A stretch of DNA of 21,252 nt from Octopus vulgaris. Its lineage: Eukaryota. The DNA lies in contig CATOCA020000044.1 of assembly GCA_951406725.2 (NCBI GenBank), positions 1 to 21,252 on the forward strand, written 5' to 3'. Under the pieces are notes generated by a model that saw only the letters and a program-made list of their open reading frames with translations, did not search any database and was not told the origin of the DNA. The translations under genes were made by a program, and so were the position numbers. Positions 1 through 11,872 of this stretch are shown in pieces; within the stretch, counting starts at the first letter, position 1; each line of letters starts with the position of its first letter.

Positions 1-148
1 ATATATATATATATATATACCTACTTACACATATGTACATATACATACATACATACATAACTCTACGTACCTACATATACATAAACACACGAGCGTACAC
101 GTATATGTACATATACACATACACACACATATATACATATATATACAT

Positions 149-179
<31 letters not shown>

Positions 180-210
180 CATACATATACACACACATGC
201 ACATACACAC

Positions 211-255
<45 letters not shown>

Positions 256-326
256 CATACATATACATATACACACATACACACACACACATATATATAT
301 ATATACACACACATATACATACACAC

Positions 327-359
<33 letters not shown>

Positions 360-870
360 CACGTGTGCATACATACATACATACTCATACACACACACAC
401 ACTTACACATACATATATACACACACTTACACACATATATATATATATATATACCCACACATACACATACACACATATATACATATATACATACACATAC
501 ACACACAAACTCACATACATATATATACATACATACACATACACATACATATATATACATATATATATATATATACACATGTGTGTATACATACATACAT
601 ACTCATACACACACACACACACATACACACATATATATATACATATATATATACACGTATATACACATAAGTACATACATGCATAAATGTATACATATTT
701 CTATAGAGGTGCATACACATACATACACTCACGCGCCACCTTATATACATAAATACATACATGCATACAAACGCATACTCAAGTAATAAATAATAAGTAA
801 TAACTAATAAATAATAAGTATATATACATGCAGTTACCGTTTATACAGACGGAAACATTCATATAAATAT

Positions 871-934
<64 letters not shown>

Positions 935-987
935 TACATATATATATATATATACATATATACATACACACATATACACACATATAC

Positions 988-1020
<33 letters not shown>

Positions 1021-1103
1021 CACCTATCTACATATATGCACATATACACACACACATGCACATACGTATAACTCTACCTACCTACATATACATATATATA
1101 TAT

Positions 1104-1157
<54 letters not shown>

Positions 1158-1351
1158 TTTATTTGTGTGTTTATTTTTTTATTTTTCAGGTAGCTAGCTT
1201 TAAAACCTCACAAAAAAAAACAAAAAAATGTATGTGTTATTGTATTTTATTATGTACACAAATATTATATAATTAAGCACAATATAAAATAAAACACACA
1301 CATATAAACAAAATAAATACAATATAAAAATATACATATATACAATATACA

Positions 1352-1388
<37 letters not shown>

Positions 1389-1949
1389 CACACACACACA
1401 CACACACTGTGATATTGTGTGTGTATATGTGTGTGTGTGTGTATTAAAAAAAAAGGTGTGTGTGTGTGTATGTGTGTGTGTATGTGTTTGTGTGTGTGTG
1501 TATAAATAGAAGAGTGTGTGATGTAGAGACGTAAGATATGTTGCATGTAAAATACGGTGTCTTGTTGATGTGTATTTATAAGATAGTCAGATATAAACCA
1601 CTCACAAATAAATATGTATGTATATCTCTGTCTGTGTGTGTGTGTGTGTGTTATTGTGTATTTGTTGTGTGTATGTATATATATATATGTTTATATTGTG
1701 TGTGTGTGTATTATATGTGTGTGTGTGTATGTGTGTATATGTGTATATATTTATGTGTGTATGTGTGTGTATGTGTGTGATTGTATGGGTATATTATATG
1801 TGTGAGTATATAGTGTTTTATGTGTGTATATTAGTGTGTGTGTTATATATATGTGTGTATATGTGTGTGTGTGGGGTGTGTGTGTATGTATATGTGTATG
1901 TGTGTGTGTGTGTGTGGTATGTAGTAATGTGTATGTGTATGTGTGTGTG

Positions 1950-1988
<39 letters not shown>

Positions 1989-2054
1989 TATATGTATATT
2001 AAGTTATGTGTGGTGTATGTGTGTGTGTATAATATGGAAATATATATTAAAGAT

Positions 2055-2109
<55 letters not shown>

Positions 2110-2155
2110 TGGTGTTGGTGGGAATGTTGATGTGTGTTTATTGTGTGATATATGT
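1..2155. repeat. Degenerate compound microsatellite / low-complexity tract (TA, CA, TACA; TG-rich after ~1408)
   Basis: Dinucleotide composition is seen directly. It is CA/TA-rich to ~1407 and TG/TA-rich from ~1408, with short AT-rich interruptions (~780-860, ~1150-1350). Confidence 0.95.
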
Positions 2156-2156
2156 G

Positions 2157-5100
2157 ATGGACACCGCCGGCAACAACAACGTACACCTCACCTCGATACT
2201 CCTACTGAACATCAGAGGACTGCAAACACTCAGTAACAGGACAAAGATCCCGTTCCTGAGAGACTTTGTTGCATGCAATCAAGCCTTATGCATAGCACTT
2301 ACAGAAACGCACCTGAAACCGGACATAGCAGATGCGGAGTTACACATACCACAGTATGCTGTACTACGGACCGACAGGAAAGAAAGGAGTCATGGAGGTG
2401 TTGCTATGTACATCCGTGAGGACCTCACACCCCAGGTCCTCTTGTCATACTCAAACTCGGTGTGTGACACACTAATTGTACATATTAGGCAACTTGATGT
2501 AGTTGTGTGTGCTACATATCGCCCTCCAGATGCCCCAAGCCATGTGGGCAAGTTCGAAGACTGCCTTATAAAAATAGAAGAAATTCTAACCACATTAGAA
2601 CAACACATAGGTGTGCTTCTTATGGGAGACTTCAATCTGCCCAATGTCAGATGGCCCGAGGGCCTTTCTCTCCCAGGAATGACAAGATGTGAACGAGGAC
2701 AGGCGAGGTCCCTCCTGAACCTCATCAACACCCTGTACATGGAGCAGGTAATACTCCAACCAACCAGGGCAGGTAACACACTGGATCTCTGCTTCACAAA
2801 TGACATGGATCTCATCCATAATGTGAAAGTGACACCGACACTACTCTCGGATCACAACATGATAGAGCTGACCATGTACGGGCCAAAAGAGAGCACGGAC
2901 ATGCAGCCTACAAGAAACCCTCAAAATCTTTCCAGCTTGAACTACCATAAGGCAAACTGGAAACAAATTGAGAAAGAGATCCTCAAACAAAACTGGCCTG
3001 AATGTCTCTCCTCGCCAGACATCGACGTGAAACTTCAACAATTCATGTCTGTAATGCAAGCCATATGCTACAAATGTGTCCCAGAGAGAAAGGCCACTGT
3101 ACACAAGAACAAAATCCCCAGAGAGAGGAAAATTTTAATGAGACGGCGTACGAAATTTTCAAATCGCCTAAACAAACAGATTGAAAGCAGTGAAAAGTCC
3201 CGCCTAAAAATAAAACTGTTGGAAATCGAAAAATGTCTGCAACTCTCCCATGGAAAAGAAAGAGCAGACAAAGAAGCCTGGGCTATAGAAAACATAAAAT
3301 CTAACCCCAGAGCTTTCTACAGGTATGCCAAAGAAACAGCTACAGTGCACTGTAGAATAGGGCCACTCCCTCGAAAAGGATGGCACACTTACAGGAAAAC
3401 CAATGAGGTTAAGTGAAATACTGAATGAGCAATTCAAGAGTGTTTCACTCCACCCCTTTGGGCATCTCCAAATCACCAATCCAACTGACTTTTTACCACT
3501 GCAGATATAAAATCAGAGGCGGCGGCATCGATAGATTACATCGATATAAATGAAGACGATGTAACCAAGGCTATAGATGAAATGAAAACAGACTCAGCTA
3601 CTGGCCCCGATGGATTCCCGGCAATCCTCCTAAAAGCATGTAAGAGAGTCCTAGCAAGACCACTGCAGTTCCTCTTTCAGAGCTTCCTTGCAGCTGGCAA
3701 ACTTCCAGGAAAACTGAAGGAAGGTAAAATATGCCCCATTCATAAAGGAGGTAGCAGAGCGGAAGCCAAGAACTATAGACCTATCTCTCTGACCTCACAC
3801 ATCAGCAAGGTCATGGAACGAATAGTCAGAAGGAAGCTGATCACCTTCCTTGAAGAGAATGACTTGCTGCCCGACACCCAACATGGTTTCCGACCAGGGA
3901 GAAGCTGTTTAACTCAGCTCCTACAACACTATGACTGGGTGCTGAAACGGCTGCTCAACCACTCAAATGTGGAAGTGATATATCTCGACTTTGCAAAGGC
4001 CTTTGATAAAGTCGATCATGGAATGATATGTCACAAACTGCGTGATCTCAACATAGTTGGAAAACTGGGAGAATGGCTTCATGACTTTCTGAAGGATAGA
4101 AGTCAGGTGGTAGTAGCCAATGGGGCCACCTCCATTAACACACAAATAGTGAGCGGTGTTCCGCAGGGCACTGTTCTGGGACCACTACTGTTCATAATGG
4201 CCCTCTCAGACATGCCCTCAGCCACGCAGAGAGCCACGATCACAAGTTATGCAGATGATACAAAAGTTTCACAGGCAATACAGAACCCTGAGGACACTAA
4301 ACACCTGCAATGTGAGCTGGACGAAATATACAAGTGGGCTGAAAAGAATAGCATGCAGTTCAATGCTGGAAAGTTTCAAGCTTTATACTATCAGCATGCA
4401 AAACTGAATGCAATACCCAATGAATACACTGGACCCGGAGGGATTGCAATCCCAGAGGCACAATCAGTGCGTGACCTGGGTATTCACATGAGTGATGACG
4501 CGACCTTTCATGTACATGTTGCTAAACTGACAATGAAATGTAGACGGCTGGCTGGATGGATTCTTAGAACCTTTAGAACAAGAGAACAAGAAACCATGAT
4601 GGTCCCTCTGGAAGACACTTGTCCTAAGCCACTTTGACTATTGCTCTCAGCTATGGTCACCATCCAGTGTCAAGTTGATCACAGAACTTGAGGCGATCCA
4701 ACGAAGCTACACAAAGAAGATAGCCTCTATGCAGAATGTAAGCTACTGGGAAAGACTCAAGAGATTAAAATTATATTCCCTGGAGCGTAGGCGGGAAAGA
4801 TATGCCATAATATACATCTGGAAGATCCTGGAGGGAAGTGTCCTGAACTTTGGCATCGAGAGTTACGCAAATGCCAGAACTGGGCGCCACTGCGTGGTGC
4901 CTAGGACTCCAAACCTGCCATCAAGATGTAGGACAAGATTCTGTGATAGCCTGGGCTTCCGAGGCCCACAGCTCTTCAATATCCTCCCGAAGAACCTGAG
5001 AGACCTGCATGGGGTGGATACAGATGTCTTTAAAATGAAGCTGGATCTCTTCCTGTCAGGTGTCCCAGATGAACCAACTTCACGGCAGGAGGGGCAGATG

Positions 5101-5160
5101 AGGGCAGCTGCATCGAACTCTCTCATGCACCAAATAGCAGTTGCTAGAAAGCCTCCATGA
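2157..5160 (+). pseudogene. LINE ORF2: apurinic-like endonuclease + reverse transcriptase (~1000 aa), frameshifted in this sequence
   Basis: ATG at 2157 (MDTAGN). APE motifs NIRGL, LTETHL, GGVAMY, YRPP, GDFN, LDLCF, SDH. RT motifs NYRPISLTS, QHGFRPGRSC, YLDFAKAFDKVDH, GVPQGTVLGPLLF, YADD (4248-4259). C-terminal YSLERRRERY; stop TGA at 5158-5160. Frame breaks near 3368, 3460-3530 and 4605, mostly extra bases in short homopolymers. Confidence 0.93.
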
Positions 5161-5185
5161 AGTGAAACCAAGTAGCAACACCAAA

Positions 5186-5221
5186 TGGCGGTGCCCCAGC
5201 ATGGCCACAGCTCATAAGCTG
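5186..5221 (+). other. Two tandem stem-loops in the LINE 3' UTR (putative RT recognition signal)
   Basis: TGGC-G-GTGC-ccca-GCAT-G-GCCA (5186-5207) and CAGCT-cata-AGCTG (5208-5221) lie just upstream of the (ATCA)n tail. 3' stem-loops are established for CR1/L2-type LINEs. The function here is inferred. Confidence 0.55.
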
Positions 5222-5245
5222 AAACTAGAATCAATCAATCAATCA

Positions 5246-6050
<805 letters not shown>

Positions 6051-6077
6051 CAAATTTAGGTATATAAAAAAGTATGC

Positions 6078-6782
6078 ATGTTTAAAAAACATTTACGGTA
6101 ATTTTTATTACTTAACCGGTTTCACTTTGGTAAAAGATTGTCAAAAGTTACATTTAAGGAAACATTGAATAATATGGGTTCAAAAAAGTTTTTTACATAA
6201 TTGTCACATTGAATATTATGCATTCAAAAGTTTTTTATATAATTGTCACATTGGATATTATGGGTTCAAAAAAGTTTTTTACATAATTGTCACATTGGAT
6301 ATTATGAATTAAAAATGTTTTTTACATAATTGTCACATATTGGATATTATGAATTCAAAAATGTTTTTTTATACATAATTGTCACATTATTTGGGAAAAT
6401 TTGGCAGAAAAGGATAAAACAAATATATTATTGGGAATTGGTTGCGTTAATTATTGGTTGTCGCATAATTGTCACATTACATGTATATATCAATCTTGCA
6501 TATATACAAAGTATTTGGACAGAAAATTATGGCTTTTTTGTACATCTGAATATTTTAAGTATGTAATTTTACTGACCTGTCAGTATTAGCAGAAAGGCTG
6601 AACTGAGAGAACAGAAGAAGTAGCCAATGTGGTGTATACTTCTCCCTGTATTATATGATTTTTTAGGGGTTATCATGCTGGTGTATTCAGATGTGTCCGT
6701 GCCTGCTGGTCAGACAGCATCTGTTTGTCACACACTATATATACACACAAACTACACACACACACAACAACACACACACACA
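6078..6782. repeat. Left arm of ~0.7 kb inverted repeat (partner 10097-10830)
   Basis: For example TACTTAACCGGTTTCAC, TTTGGGAAAATTTGGCAGAAAAGGATAAAAC and GCAGAAAGGCTGAACTGAGAGAACAGAAGAAGTAGCC all recur reverse-complemented in collinear order. The ORF track shows the same peptide (YIIVTLFGKIWQKRIKQIYYWELVALIIGCR) at 6330+ and 10557-. Confidence 0.95.
6162..6388. repeat. Minisatellite, 5 units of ~42-49 bp, consensus ACATTGGATATTATGRRTTCAAAAA(A/T)GTTTTTTACATAATTGTC
   Basis: AATTGTCACAT recurs at ~44 bp spacing, with one further isolated copy at ~6467-6478. Confidence 0.92.
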
Positions 6783-6783
6783 A

Positions 6784-8696
6784 ATTCATAGATTACATCT
6801 CCAACTTCCCGTGAACTCACAACCTAAACAAACCCAACACCAGTAAAAGAGAATGGGAAATCATCCATACGCTACGAGAAATCATGACGTCACAATAAAG
6901 GAATGGTATCTGAAGGTATAATGTATAATTTGAGCAGATATATGAAACTTATCTCTCCTTTTAGAGGATAAACATACTAAAAACATACTATTATAATCCA
7001 AAAACTACCATTCAAAGATATTTATTTGCCAACATATTATAATAGAATAAAGGAATGCGACTACATTACTAAATTTAATTGCAAAACCAGCACACTCTGA
7101 TTTGAAAATATTTAGAGTCAAATATATCACAGAACTTGCAAAAAGTCCACTTCAACCTGCATCACTATACCACATCCCACTGATCTCAAACTGAGACCAA
7201 TAGTGGCAGGCCCAAGTTGTGAAACATGACTTAGCAACTTTATAGATATCATCTTAAAAACCAATACTGAAACACATTCCAAGTATATGTAAGAGATGAC
7301 CTGGACCTATTAAACCATCTCCCCAAACATGCCGATAAAGACACCTTAATCGTTTCTTTTGATGTTATTAATCTTTACACCACAATCCCACATGAATTTG
7401 GACTGGAAGCCATTAAATTCTGGCTATAAATATCCCAATGAGATCCCGGAAAGAATTTAAAAAGAATTCATATATTGAGGGCCTCAAATATATATATATG
7501 CAAAACAATATATGTATTTCCACAACATATACTTATAGACAGGTCTCATATATATGGGTACGAAAGTTGCACCTATATGCAAACCTGGTGATGGCCTATG
7601 GAATCACATATCTATGTAAATATATCCATATATATAATACATATATATATACATATATTTACAACTGGAAACGCTACATATATACACATAGTATATATGA
7701 TTACATACTTATAGCATATGTTTTATACTGATCTACTTATATATATAAATAATTATTCATATTACAAAATATCACCACCCCATATTACAATAAATATATA
7801 TACAATACTTTAAATTCTCTTGAAGGCGTCAACATTGTAAACTGACATCCATATACAAACCCACTGACTCTATATACAATACCTATCTATATCACCTCAT
7901 ATCACCCAAAACACACAAAGACATAATATCCCCTTCAACCTATGCGAGAAGAATCTGCATATTGTCTCAAATGACACAACACGAAATAGAAGACTCCGGG
8001 AACTAAGGGCAATTCTTCGAAAGACATTACCCGGCATCACATGTAATAGAACGGGCCAAATCAATCAACATTCAAGACCTCCAAACATACAGTACACACA
8101 TCACTTACACACACATATATATATATATATATATACACTATATATATATATATATAACCGTTCCACTATTATATTATATATGTAAATAATATAAAATCAA
8201 TGCAAAAAAAATTTTGAGCTAATAGGACATAAAAGTCATACCTAAGCCATCAGCAATCAGAAACGTGTAATTCTACAGCAGCTTCAATAAAACCGTAAGC
8301 CACCAAAAACTGTGCTGCCCTGTAATTTGGGTACCTCATTGAGGGATCGTCGTACAAGTTGCCTGATCGTATTCATCATAAAAATAACTTCACGTGCGCA
8401 TCAAAAAATTTATCTGTCATAAAATGTGTGGATGCCACGAAGATACATAGGCAACGAGCCTTACTTTCCTCCTCAGAGACAGAATGAAGTTCACCGACAA
8501 CAACTGAGGGAACTTTTGCCACCACAAGACAGATACCAATAAGTGGGACACTCTAGACCTTTGTGCACACAATAAGTCCCCCAAATTCTTAGTCTTCCCA
8601 CTATACCAATGCTCGGACAACACCACAGACCAAACACGAATAAATAAGGAAAGTAATCTTATTCAAAAATACAGACCACAACTAAACATACTCTAA
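6784..8696 (+). mobile_element. Degenerate Penelope-like element (RT + C-terminal GIY-YIG endonuclease; Neptune-like), 5'-truncated
   Basis: Hand translation across frameshifts gives NTSKREWEIIHTLR..DVTIKE (~6835-6903), PTDLKLRPIVAGPSCET / LSNFIDIILK (~7177-7260), YVRDDLDLLNHLP..LIVSFDVINLYTTIPHEFGLEAIKFWL (~7286-7426), TYRQVS..MGTKVAP..YANLVMAY (~7531-7599), NWKRYI (7663-7680), YKPTDS..HPKHTK..NIPFNL..RRIC (~7853-7959), KNNFTCASKNL..VIKC..GCHE..YIG (~8382-8452) and KESNLIQKYRPQLNIL* (stop 8694-8696). These match PLE RT and GIY-YIG motifs in the expected order. Confidence 0.88.
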
Positions 8697-8849
8697 CATA
8701 CCCCCTGGAAGCACATCCAGAGCAAGCACACAGGGACGCGCGCACGCTCACAGCATATCGTGCGGGCGGGCACATGCGCGCATCGGCACGCATAGACACA
8801 CTAGCGGGCAATTGACCGCACACATACGTGCATGCACACGCATGCATTA

Positions 8850-8880
8850 TATATATGTAGGTGATGTATGTGTGTGAGTG

Positions 8881-8916
<36 letters not shown>

Positions 8917-9887
8917 ACACTGTGTGCGTGTGTGTGTATATGTGTGTGTGCGCGCGTTGTTTGTGTGTGTGTGTGTGCACGTGTGTATATATGTGTGTGT
9001 GTGCACTGTGTGCGGGTGTGTGTGTATGTGTGTGTGTGTGTGTGTGAGCATTGTGTACGTGTGTATGTATTTACATATGTATCTGTTTTTATATATATAT
9101 ATATATGTGTGTGTGTGTTGTTTGTGTGTATATGCATGGTATGTGTGTATATGTTAGTACTTTGTTTGTGTGTATGTGCGTGCATGTAGAGATATATTTG
9201 AGTGTGTACGCTATAGGTTTGTAATTTGTGTGTGTGGGGGGGTGAATTTTTTATATATATATATGTGTGTGAAAAAATATATGTATGTGCATGTATGTAT
9301 GTATGTATGTATGTGTGTATATATATATATATGTGTATATATATGTGTGTGTGTGTATGTGTGTGTGTGTATATTTATTTGCATGTTTATGTGTGTATAA
9401 ACATGTACATTATTTGCATGCGCATTGTGTATATGTATATTGTATGTATGTGTATTGTATATGTACGTGTACAATTAAGTGTATATATTTGTGTGTATGT
9501 GTGCACTGTATATATGTATATTGTAGGTGTGCTATATGTGCATGAATACATGTATATGCATTGCGTGTATATATATGTATGCATTGTGTGTGTATGTATG
9601 TTATGTGTGTGTGTGTGTATATATATATTATATGTATGCGTATGTGTATGTGTATGCATTGTATGTATGTGTGTTGTGTGTATATGTGGTACATCTATGT
9701 ATGTGTATGTAAACACTATTTATATGTATATGCATTGTCTATATATATATATATTATATGTATGTATTACGTATGTATATTGCATGCATATATTGTGTAT
9801 GTATATTACTTACATGCTGTATGTGTGTATTGTATGTGTGTATATATATGCTAGGTGTATTTGTGTGATATTTATATTATGTATGTA

Positions 9888-9931
<44 letters not shown>

Positions 9932-10150
9932 GTGTGTGTATGTGTGTTATATATCTGTGTATATATATATATATATATATGTATATATTTGTGTGCTGTG
10001 TGTATATGTGATATATGTGGGTGCGTTGTGTGTGGGTGTGTGTGTTCTGTGTGTGTGTGTTGTTTGTATGTGGTGTGTGTTTGTATACTATGTGTGTGTG
10101 TGTGTGTGTTGTTGTGTGTGTGTGTGTTTGTGTGTATATATATATGTGTG
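8850..10150. repeat. Degenerate (TG)/(TA)/(TATG) low-complexity tract
   Basis: Directly visible. The ORFs over it are V/C/Y/I artefacts. Confidence 0.93.
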
Positions 10151-10830
10151 TGACAAACAGATGCTGTCTGACCAGCAGGCAAGGACACATCTATTCACAC
10201 CCGCATACTAACCTCCTGATAACCCCAAAATCATTCATGCATAAAGGGGAAGTATACACCACATTGGCTACTTCTTCTGTTCTCTCAGTTCAGCCTTTCT
10301 GCTAATACTGACAGGTCAGTAAAAACATACTTAAAATATTCTGAGATGTACAAAAATCCATTTTAATTTTTGCTGTCAAAACGCTGTATATATATACCAA
10401 AGATTGTATATATATACATGTAATGTGACAATTTGCGACAACCAATAATTAACGCAACCAATTCCCAATAATATATTTGTTTTATCCTTTTCTGCCAAAT
10501 TTTCCCAAATAATGTGACAATTATGTATAAAAACATTTTTGAATTCATAATATCCAATGTGACAATTATGTAAAAAACATTTTTGAATTCATAATATCCA
10601 ATGTGACAATTATGTAAAAAACTTTTTTTGAACCCATAATATCCAATGTGACAATTATGTAAAAAACTTTTTTTGAATGCATAATATTCAATGTGACAAT
10701 TATGTAAAAAACTTTTTTTGAACCCATATTATTCAATGTTTCCTTAAATACATATATTTTGACATATCTTTTACCAAAGAGTGAAACCGGTTAAGTAAAT
10801 AAACATCGTTTAAATTGCATTTTCAAACAC
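10097..10830. repeat. Right arm of ~0.7 kb inverted repeat (partner 6078-6782)
   Basis: Reverse complement of the left arm, with small indels and substitutions concentrated near the arm ends. Confidence 0.95.
10511..10740. repeat. Minisatellite, 5 units of ~44-46 bp (mirror of 6162-6388)
   Basis: AATGTGACAATTATGTAAAAAAC(A/T)TTTTT..GAA(TTC/CCC/TGC)ATAATAT(C/T)C repeated. The order of unit variants mirrors the left array. Confidence 0.93.
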
Positions 10831-11777
<947 letters not shown>

Positions 11778-11872
11778 GATTGATTGATTGATTGATTGAT
11801 TCCAGTTTCAGCTTATGAGCTGATATGGCCATGCTGGGGCACCGCCATTTGGTGTTGCTACTTGGTTTCACT

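Noticed and set aside
1170-1200. Polypyrimidine tract + CAG resembling a splice acceptor
   Set aside because: No plausible exon follows; the downstream sequence is low-complexity.
25-2130. Many overlapping ORFs rich in Y/I/H/T or C/V/M (also 5141-6092, 8659-10305, 10815-11892, 15356-16523, 19420-20498)
   Set aside because: They are translations of stop-free dinucleotide repeats, open in multiple frames on both strands, with no protein-like complexity.
1824-2156. Apparent 111 aa N-terminal extension of the 530 aa ORF
   Set aside because: It is TG microsatellite in frame with ORF2. Homology to copy 2 starts only at 2156.
2390-5234. Antisense and alternate-frame ORFs repeated in all three LINE copies (e.g. 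2390-2815, 4863-5234)
   Set aside because: They are shadows of ORF2. Their recurrence reflects nucleotide identity of the copies, not independent selection.
6162-6388. CRISPR-like regularly spaced repeats
   Set aside because: The whole unit is repeated with no unique spacers, there are no cas genes, and the context is eukaryotic. It is a minisatellite.
6330-6589. Short ORFs in the inverted-repeat arms (and 10363-10557)
   Set aside because: They begin inside the minisatellite, diverge in frame between the arms and show no recognisable motif.
10214-10262. Possible hammerhead in the right arm (CTGATAA-CCCC...GGGG-AAG)
   Set aside because: The core deviates from CUGANGA and GAAA, there is no convincing stem I or III, and the left-arm counterpart does not preserve it.
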